A DNA stretch of 64,000 bases, taken from Eledone cirrhosa (lineage: Eukaryota). Made by a program: the position numbers and the translations under genes. This document shows positions 54,155 to 64,000 of this stretch, piece by piece (position 1 is the stretch's first letter; every line of letters begins with the position of its first letter). The stretch is from NCBI GenBank assembly GCA_964016885.1, contig OZ024740.1:174530001-174594000 (forward strand). The letters run 5' to 3'. Under the pieces are notes generated by a model. The model did no database searches, was not told the origin of the DNA, and saw only the letters and a list, made by a program, of their open reading frames with translations.

Positions 54155-55440
54155 TGTGAGTAGAAAGAGTTGTAAATAGAAAGAGGGGATTGAGTGATAT
54201 ATGGAGAAACAAGAGAATACTAATTACTGAAAGGTTTATTGTAATCTCAGTTAATCACATTATCAACAATATTAAAGCCTCGGAGCTATTAACGAGCAGA
54301 TTTTTCATTTTACTCTCTATATTATTTGTTTGTCTCTCGGAAGCGATTAAAAATCTGAAGTCACCATATAGAATAAATCGGAATTATCCATAAAATATAT
54401 AACTAAAGCAATATTGGTTACTGTAACTTGAATTTATAACGTTAACTATAAAATTATAAGTTTTCCACACATGTATGGATGCAAGTACGTGTATATATAT
54501 TACCAGGGTAGTATCCTGGGGTACGTGGACGTAGCACACTTTATGGTTAATCATAAGTTTTTCAGTTCGATTGTGCTCTGTGATGTCTGGGGCAAAGGTT
54601 ATTTACATGCTTTACAAGTGAAATTGGGCAGACGTTTGAAAGCTTGTCTAATAAACTGTACATGTAATTCAAATGGCTGGCTTTGTCACACACTATATCA
54701 AGCTGAGCATCCCTGATAATTATGTTAAAAGTACACGTGTCTTTAGAATGATCAGCAACTTTCATGCTAATTTCGTGAAAAATGCCGTTCAGTTAATCGA
54801 ACTACTGAAACAGTCATCAGCGAAACTGACGGAGATCCATTTCATTCTGCAGTCAATATATTAGATAGTATATGAGGGGGAAAGCAATAATGAATAAAAG
54901 ATTCCAATAAAGAGAAACAAATAAATAAATAATTCAACCTAATATTTGACTGGTACTTTATCCAGAAGGATAAAAAGCAAAAGGAATATCGGCAAGATTC
55001 GAACTCAGAACTAAAGAGCCGGAACAACTATTGTAAGGCATTTTAGCTGATGGTCTAATGATTCTGTCAACTTATCTGTCTTGTTCATATATAATGACAG
55101 CAAACGCTGTATAGTACATGTTGGCTCCATGAACGCAGCCATCGCTGAGTGGTTGAGAAGTTCACTGCGCAATCATGATGTCCCAGGTTCTATCCCATTG
55201 CATGGAATCTTAGGCAAGTATCTTTACCATAGCTTCGGAGTCGAGCCATGCCTTGTGGGGGAATCAGGTAGGCGGAAACTGTATAGAAGCCCATGGAAAG
55301 ACTCTGTAATTCAAAGTTCCAACTTTGTCGCATATCGTATTACGCTGATTCGACATGGGAATTACATTAAGGGAACACGTGTCTGTGAAATACTCAACCA
55401 TTTATACTTTATTTTATGAGTTAGACATTATTTTCAGATG

Positions 55441-55633
55441 AGCGGTTGATTAGTAGTATCGGTCGAGGGTCGGATGCCATGTTTTGCAGCATAGAGTTAC
55501 GCCCCTTTTGCGGTATGAGTTCAAATCCCGCCGATGTTAACTTTGCCTTTCATCCTTACGGGGTTGATAAAATAAAGTACCAGTAATGTACTGGGATAAT
55601 TGCTGGCCTTGTGCCAAAAGTAGAAACAATTAT
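55441..55633 (+). mobile_element. SINE family A nested in an older SINE
   Basis: TSD attattttcag at 55427-37 and 55629-39. Confidence 0.9.
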
Positions 55634-56450
55634 TTTCAGTTGTTCAAACAATTGAATGCTGATCGTCGAAACAGACGGAGGATCCATCATGTAAGTTCCG
55701 AGTGAGCTGACTCTGAAGCCCAGTTTCTTTCCTCGCTATAGCTAGTTTACTTCACCTGGGTTAACTAATGCTGTTGAGAAAAAACATGAGTGAGCGACAT
55801 ATCTTATTTGCATTCTATTACAAATCTAAAACATTTGTACTTATGTAAGAAATCAATATAAGCTTTAAAGAATTCTATTTCAAACTAAACTCAGTGCATT
55901 TACAAAACAAAAAAGAAAAGACAAAAGACAAAAAGACATACAAAAATTAAAAAACAAAAGGAACGTTTTCCTTTTATTGAGTTATTACTGCAGTTATTGT
56001 TGTTTGTTGGGCTGGTGGTAATGGTGGTTGCCAGCTTCAGCCATTTATACACAACAGTGGGTCGGTGTTAGTATTTTTAGAAAGTCGCTGCTCACGGTTT
56101 TATTTTATTGTTTTATTTTTGTTTTTTATTTGTATTTTTATTTTCATTTTCATTCTTCTGTCAGACTCTGGTATTGACTTCATCATTCTGCAGTTGGTAA
56201 TGTGATTTTAGTAGCAATGTAATCAATTCTTTGAGGGGGGCGGGGAGAAAGAACATCAGGAAAATATTATTGAAAATAGAATATGAATGAATAATTCAAT
56301 AAGTGTTCAACACAATGAAAATGGGAGAAGAGAAAAAGAGTAAATAAAATAAAAGAGAGGGGGAAGAGAGAGAGGGAGAGAGAGGAAGAGAGAGGGAGAG
56401 AGAGAGGGAGAGAGATAGAAGGACAGAAAGATAGATTGATATATTGCTGA

Positions 56451-56483
<33 letters not shown>

Positions 56484-56492
56484 TAGATAGAC

Positions 56493-56548
<56 letters not shown>

Positions 56549-57730
56549 GAATTGAAAGCTGCTTTCATTTATAAAGTAATAAATAGAAGAATCTGATGGT
56601 TCTGTTTGGGAAAGCAATATGTTGTTGAGATGTTGCAAGTGCAGAAGATGTAGGCAGAAAGGCAGCAAGAGAAACATGCATGTATCATGGAAGACAAACG
56701 ATCATTAATGATCTACTTATTGATTTCAAAAAGGAACTTAGATATTCGACTTGATATTAAATGAAAAGAACAAGATGTGTGGAGAGTTTATTTATTTATT
56801 TATGTGTTTGTTTGTTTGCTTGATTGTTTGTTTGTTTGTTTATTTATTTATCTATTACAACCATACGCAAACCAAGGAAATTATGGAGTTGTACATAACA
56901 CTGACTGTCACACTTTTCAAGTTAGACATTGCAAGTTGTGATATATGTAGTAAGTTATTATAATTTAAACTTACGTCAAGAAACCGGACGGAGATGTATG
57001 TTACAAATTGATAGTTTTGTAAAATGAACAAAAATACTACATAATATGTTATACAAAAATGTTATACAGAAATGATGTAAAGACATGTCAGAAAAATAAT
57101 TTCATATGTTACGTAAGCATCAAAATTGCTTTGAAACAAGTTAGATTTTATTAGAGATGCATTTCTTGCGTGGAAATTCATGACGTTATATGGATGTTAA
57201 TGCTGTATCACAGCAGCTGATGTACATAACTTGATACATATTCCTTGACAGGCAGGAGATATAAGTGAAATAAGTGAAATAGGACTGCAGCCTGACAATA
57301 CTGTCGGTGGTGCATTAACAGTTGCATTATATAGAGCAATGTTTTTAAAAGTAGGGCTCGTCGAATAGGGGTTAATATATTGAGTGTTCTCATAGTACTG
57401 TCAAAGATCATACTTACTCCCCACTGCATTCATTTTGTTTTTATTTCGGAGTTGTCTCCCCTGCCATTCTTGAACCGAATTTAGCATTGAGATAATGATT
57501 TGTTTTCCTCTTCGTATATTTATCAAACTGTCTTTGATCACTACATAATATTAGTACCAATTCTACTCTGTTCACTCTCTCTCCCTCTCTCTATCTCTTT
57601 CTTTCTCTCTCTCTCTCTATATATATATATAGTATGTGTTTTGTTTATCTAGCGATATAGTAGATAATTTGAATTATTGAGCTTTTCTACTTAGTAACAA
57701 ACATTATACATATTATATGTTGTGATATCT

Positions 57731-57822
<92 letters not shown>

Positions 57823-58082
57823 ATGTATGTATGAATGTATATATATATATATATATTTATATATATTTATATACAAAAAGAAAGAAAGAGAATATATAAT
57901 ACCGTAATATTTAAAACATCCAAAAATTAACGGAATGCCAATTCAATAGTGATGGATATGTGGTACAGTGTAGAAATTTATTTGGTAAGTCGAAAAGTGG
58001 AAGTAACTTTTCAACTTAATTTGACAGCCGGATGAAGCGACAAAGTTAAAACCTCGACGTTATTGCCACTTTTCAGCTTAGA

Positions 58083-58117
<35 letters not shown>

Positions 58118-58235
58118 CAAAAGCAGGGGTGAGAGAGATAAAGGAAAAATAAATGAATCCCCAAAATTGTTTTTTATGCCATAAAATCACAGTGACAGCC
58201 ACCAGCCAGCCTTACGTATATTACGATACTGGACA

Positions 58236-58418
58236 TAATTGTTTCTATTTTAGGCACAAGGCCAGCAATTACCCAGTACATTACTGGTACTTTATTTTAT
58301 CGACCCCGTAAGGATGAAAGGCAAAGTTAACCTCGGCGGGATTTGAACTCAGATCATAAAGGGGCGTAACTCTTTGCTTCAAAGCATGGTGTCCGACTCT
58401 CTACCGATACTGCCAATT
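58236..58418 (-). mobile_element. SINE family A
   Basis: Reverse complement of the consensus. Confidence 0.9.
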
Positions 58419-59907
58419 GAAATGAAATATTATGACAGCATCTCAAATTGAAATACAAAAGAAGTGAAAATCCAATTCTACATTGATGAATGCTATTTCG
58501 AAAATCGAAGGAGAATTGGTAAAATAAATCCATTTAGACAGCTCGACAAGAGAATAGCATTCCCTAACTGTCTCTTATTTTAGCATTGAGAAGAGCTATA
58601 TGCACTTTAAAGAATTCAAATGTAATACAGATGGAAGATTCGTCACTTGAAAAACCACTTTTGCTGTCAAAGTGAAAAGTGAGAAAACAAACGGAACTGT
58701 TGTTTAAAAGTAAAAATAAATTAAAACTTCATATATCTTCTGCATCTTTAAAAGTGTCACTCAATGTGTGCTCGACAGTTTACGAATGATTGGCTAATAT
58801 CTTCTACATGAATTACAGATTTAGTTCATCATGATTTCACAAAGCATTCTCTACCCTCATCATGTCTATCATGTTGTAATTCAGTTTTAAGTATCCTAAT
58901 AGTTGTTGCTGCTACAACTTAGCCCAAGGATTGTCCTGATTGATCAGATTTATGATGATGGTGAGGACCATTCCGTTATCTTTTCAGCTACAGTGTATCT
59001 AGGAATGCATTATCCAATACAGTTTTCTTTACTAAATGTGGTAGGTCAGGATTTAAAGAAGATTTAGCTGTTATTTCTAGAAAGTTGAGATACGATGTAG
59101 ATGTTACTTATGTCCAATAGATAGGGTGTTGAACTACCAGTTCGTGTGGTTAGAAGTCAAATTAATTTCTGGTATTTTCTTTGTTTCGGGACAGAATTCT
59201 TTATCCTGTATTGCCTTAGCTCACCTAAGTTGTTGTTGTGTATCCCCGAGGGTTGGCAGACCTATGAAGCGATGGTAATCGGCCGAACGGCTGAGTGCGA
59301 CCAACATATCTATATTTCTGTATGTCATTCAACCGTCAAGTTGACTAATACACCAGAAATTGGTATAAAATTGTTTTGGTATAATATCATATTGATACAT
59401 AACTTTGATAATGAAAGATCAAACAATTGAATTATTATTTATATGTGGACAAGGTAAATAAATATTGAAGTAATGGAGTTGGATTTAAACAACTTTGGTA
59501 AATATAATTAGTTTACAAGCCGAGTTTACTATCGGAATTCGGTTTATTTTACTGGAGCAGTAGATTGGCAGTATCATTTTAGCAGCGCATCAAATGCTAG
59601 GAAGTATTTAGTTATTATCTTTACGTTCTGAGTTCAAAATCTTGTTTGGGTCTGCATTATCTTTCATCTTTTGGGAATTTATGAAATAAGTATGAATCAA
59701 GTGCAACAGTAGAAACACAATTGACTGCATATGTCCACCGCAAAATAAATCCATAGCATCCTGCGTATGGGCGAAAGCACATGGTCTTGGGTTTGGTACC
59801 ACTGAGTGGTATTATGAACAAGAGAGTGGGGTTGATATAATCAAGTTGCCTCCCTCCTCCACTCAAAAGATTACTAGCTGTGTACGTAATTTACACACCA
59901 TTATTTT

Positions 59908-60096
59908 TGTGGTGGATTGGCAGTATCGGTGGAGGGTCGGACGCCATGCTTTCCAGCATAGTTACGTCCCTTTACGATCTGAGTTCAAATCCTGCCGAGG
60001 TTGACTTTGCCTTTCATCCTTACGGGGTAGATAAAATAAAGTACCAGTAATGCACTGGGTAATTGCTGGCCTTGTGCCTAAAGTAGAAACAATTAT
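59908..60096 (+). mobile_element. SINE family A (plus a 3' fragment at 60220-60289)
   Basis: Matches the consensus; attattttt on both sides. Confidence 0.9.
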
Positions 60097-60555
60097 TTTT
60101 GTTGTTATTGTTGTTGGTAGCAACGACCTTTTGTTATTTCAAATACACTTGTGTGTATTATCTGCACTTCTTGGTATCAGCTATTGCCATTATTTTTATT
60201 ATTGAATAAAATAATTATTATCGATAAAATAAAGTACCAGTAATGTACTGGTTAATTGCTGGCCTTGTGCCTAAAATAGAAACAATTATTTTTATTATTG
60301 GAAACTTTACTCAATTAACACAGGAAATGTACAGTTATAAATTCACTGATACGTCTTTTTATAGCTACGGTTAAAGAATATTAAGGCAGCGAATTGACAA
60401 AGTTGTTAAAATATCGGATAGGATGTTTTGCAGAATTTTTCCGACTCTCTGCATTTTGAGTTCAAATCCTTCGAGGTCGATAAAGAAAATGTGATAGTCA
60501 AGTACTGGTATCAATTTTTCCTCTGTATATTACATCCTCCCTCTCCCCACTTTCA

Positions 60556-60619
<64 letters not shown>

Positions 60620-61029
60620 CCCCTCTCTCTCTCTGGGAGAAATCGGTTGCATTCACACCTGGAGGGAGAAGGGCTCTGCCGGGTCTTAAATATCCAAGGC
60701 ATGTCATGACAGCGCCCTTACGAGTCCACCAGGAGTTATAGGTCTATGGATAGATGGATATACACACATGCATATTGAATATTCACTGGTTGTCACTGGA
60801 TTGTTTGATCCCAAAATGACGGCGTAGTGGAGTTAATGGAACAACAAAATGGCAGGATAGGTAAAATATTGATTTGTTATTAACTTAGGTACAATTAATT
60901 AATTAACTCATTTTGAGAGGAAAAGAACGGGTGATTAAATCAATCCCGTTACTTAACTGGTGCATATTTTAGTAACATCAACAAGTATTTTAGAGCTATT
61001 TTCCCTGCTAGAGCAGGAATTATCTTTGC

Positions 61030-61275
61030 AGGAACCATGCTGAAGCTTTCCCATTTTCACTACCGTCTGCATTCCTCTTAACCCCATGGCTTTCATTTCT
61101 TCCACCATCATCTTTAGCCATGTCTTTCTTGGTCTTCCACTTCCCCTACTTCTTCCACGTTGATTTTCGTCACTCTTCTCACCTAGTCGCTTTCATCTTT
61201 CCTTCTTCAACAGATGACAGAGCCATATTATCCCTTTCCTTCACCACATTCATCACTGGCTCTATTCCATCCTCC
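61030..61275 (-). mobile_element. Decayed RTE LINE 3' remnant
   Basis: Minus-strand translation RGRSRGSGRPRKTWLKMMVEEMKAMGL. Confidence 0.5.
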
Positions 61276-61290
61276 TTTGTAATTCATTAT

Positions 61291-61364
<74 letters not shown>

Positions 61365-61749
61365 CTCAATCTCAGCGATACTTTACTCAACCACAGGTAC
61401 ATATTTTATCGAAAAAGTACAAAGACAACAACAACAACAACAGCAATTCCCCAGAAGGATGAAAGTCGACAAAAGAGGACGCGGATTCGATTTCCAGCAA
61501 GCATTCACTTCTTATTGACTTTCACGTTGACTTTTTAGTATCTGCACAAAGACAATTTGTTTAATAAGAAAATAACAAAAACCAAAAAGGACTGTAAACA
61601 CAATATTTACCGTTCAATAGTATGTACTAGTTTTATCAATCACTGTAAAGAAATAAACATATATTCAATTACATTGTAGATTTTCTTCTGTCTACTTCAA
61701 CGACGTTATATCTTTTCTTTTCTTTTACGCCTCCATCTTTGATTTTTTT

Positions 61750-61756
61750 TCTTGTT

Positions 61757-61807
<51 letters not shown>

Positions 61808-61862
61808 ATATATATATAACTCTCTCTCCTTTCTCTCTAGCTCTCTCTCTCCTCACCCTCTC

Positions 61863-61894
<32 letters not shown>

Positions 61895-62650
61895 TTTCAT
61901 TATCTCCTCTTTCCTTCCTTTTTGTTCTCCTCCACTTCTTTCTTTACCTTTCGCTCTTTTTCTCTCGTTCTTGCTCTTCTCTTCTCTTCTCTTCTCTCTT
62001 TCACTTTCCCTCTCTCTCTCTCTCTCTCTCGTTCTCCTTCTCCCTCGTTTTTCTCTTCTCTTTTTCTTTTTCTCTTTCTCTTTCTCACTCTCTCGTCCTC
62101 GCTCCTCTCTCTCTCTCTCTCTCTCGCTTCTTCTCCCTCTCTCTCTCTCTTTCTCTATCAATTTCGTCCAATCAATCTCTGTCTTATTCTTCCTCTCCCT
62201 CTCCCACTTTCTCTCCCTCCCTTTTTCTTTTTTCTCTCCCTTTCTCTCCTCTTCCTTTCTCCTTTTCTCATTCACTTTCTCTCATTCTCATCCTCCATAT
62301 GTTTATAACTCATTTGTCCTCTTACTCCAACATCCATTCACTCTCTCACCCACTCTCTCACCCACCCTCTCACTCACCCTCTCACCCACTCTCTCACTCA
62401 CCCTCTCACCCACTCTCTCACCCACCCTCTCACTCACTCTCTCACTCATCCACTCTCTCACTCACCCTCACACCCACTCTCTCACCCACCCTCTCACTCA
62501 CTCTCTCACTCACCCTCTCACTCACCCTCTAACCCACTCTCTCGCCCACCCTCTCACTCACTCTCAAACACGCCCTCTCACTCACTCTCTCACACGCCCT
62601 CTCCCTCTCACCCACTCTCCCACTCACCCTTCCATTCTCCCTCTCATTCA
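61750..62650. repeat. Polypyrimidine (CT)n tract and CTCACCCACT-type minisatellite
   Basis: Direct reading. Confidence 0.9.
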
Positions 62651-62834
62651 TCCTCTCACATCTTCCATTGTAATTCTCTGCCTCTTCTTTTTTACTATTT
62701 CACTCTTTGTTTTTTAATTTAACTACCTACCTACAATTAGTTTATTGTTTCTCTCTCTCTTTCTCTCTCTCTCTCACCACTCGTTATCACTCTCCTCTCC
62801 CTCTCTATTTCTCTCGCTCCCTTTCTCCTTTTCT

Positions 62835-62866
<32 letters not shown>

Positions 62867-62892
62867 ATATATATATATATCTATCTATATAT

Positions 62893-63791
62893 CTCTGGCA
62901 AGCGGGCCAGGCCATCGGTGGAGAATCCACCTCATCATTCTATAGAGGGCTGGTGGCTAGCAGGGGCGATGACACCCTTGGAGAGTCGCTGGACATGGAA
63001 GAAGACGAACTGGCCAGCCTGTTCGGTAGGACTTTCGGCCCAGGACCAATGGACAACTTCCAGAAGTCATTGGCCTGGCAGTGCTACCGAGGGGCTCTAC
63101 CCGTTCGAGAGAGGCTCTACAGACACGGGCGCCCGGGCAGGGATCCCTCAAAAAAGATTTGCCCTAGATGCGTGCGTCACGAAGAAACCGTTGCGCACGC
63201 ATTGGTGCAATGTCCGGGCGTGGCTGATCTGTGGGGCTACGCCGAACGACTGCTGTCGCGGGTGGCGCCGATTCAATTGACCGCCGAGTCCGTGATGACA
63301 ATCAAACCGCCTCCCCTCTTCACAAAGGAAGCAAAGGCGGTTTTTCTGTGCGTAATAGCCATGTTGAAAGAGGTTGTTTGGTGGACACGATTGAAAGGTC
63401 TGAGGTCAGGCAACTTCCTCTCTGGCCATAGTCTGGTCTACTTCTTCCGATATCACTTCGGAAGAAGGATAAGAATGGAGAGAGAGGTGCTTGGCCACAG
63501 GCAGTTTTATGAAAGGTGGGTGATAGTGGCGAGAATGGCTCGTGTAAATGGGCCTTCTCTGTATACCATCCTGTAGGTAAAGAAGTAAAGGAGAGGGGAG
63601 CACCTTCTCCATGTGCTCCCCGGGCAAAGGATTGCACACTTTTTCGGGGGTGTGTGCAACCCCCATCACGTCCCTTCCCTTTTGAGGTTATTTTCGATTA
63701 TTTTCATTTTATACCCTTTTTACTCGATTGTATGTAAACTCCCCCTTTGTATTTGTCCCTTCTTTTTATGCCTTTATGGTAAATAAAGAAA
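62893..63791 (+). mobile_element. 5'-truncated Tx1-like LINE (zf-RVT plus 3' UTR) in (TATC)n
   Basis: GESTSSFYRGLV..PGPMDNFQKSLAWQCYRGALPVRERLYRHG..CPRC. Homologous to 27496-28445. The frame is intact here. Confidence 0.9.
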
Positions 63792-63815
63792 TATATCTAT
63801 CTATCTATGTATCTA

Positions 63816-64000
63816 TCTTCCAATTCCTTTGGAAGAAGCGGGCTCCTTTGGTGAGAAGATCCATCTGCTGCCAACACCCTTCCAACGGAGGGCTGGGCGT
63901 GCCGTGGCTGACGATGCGCAAACACGCGCTCAGGCTGCGACATCTCTACGTATTCGCCTCATGCTCGCCTCATGAACGGTGTGGGCCCCGTTCATGAGGC
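63816..64000 (+). mobile_element. Third Tx1-like copy, 5'-truncated, running off the window
   Basis: FQFLWKKRAPLVRRSICCQHPSNGGLGVPWL, starting directly after (TATC)n. Confidence 0.85.

Noticed and set aside
56267-57429. Short unique-looking ORFs as possible host exons
   Set aside because: No recognisable domain or convincing splice signals. Small exons cannot be excluded without RNA-seq.

Overview
Eukaryotic, AT-rich window saturated with microsatellites. No host exon can be supported. The SINE types and the (TA)n/(CA)n/(GA)n density suggest an octopus or other cephalopod intergenic/intronic region (inference). Recognisable protein-coding remnants all belong to retroelements: a 5'-truncated R4/Dong-like REL element in (TAA)n (5980-7276, -), a frameshifted Penelope (Neptune-type) RT-thumb/GIY-YIG element (8388-~11250, +), a near full-length Tx1/L1-clade LINE in (GATA)n (27496-33340, -) plus two 3' fragments (62893-64000, +), and CRE-like and RTE remnants. 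There are also many tRNA-derived SINEs and a Helitron 3' end. The signal missed by the ORF track is RNA structure. At least 10 distinct short, non-coding elements sit in (TA)n tracts and carry type-I hammerhead ribozyme (HHR) motifs (stem I-CUGANGA-stem II-GAAA-palindromic stem III-NUH). Most are foldbacks with a full or partial ribozyme on each strand, and one family matches the segment downstream of the Penelope ORF. One element is a 591-bp head-to-tail tandem with two HHRs carrying a compensatory U3-A8 core, a retrozyme-like layout that could release a 591-nt, possibly circular, RNA. All ribozyme calls are by-eye base pairing and are untested.
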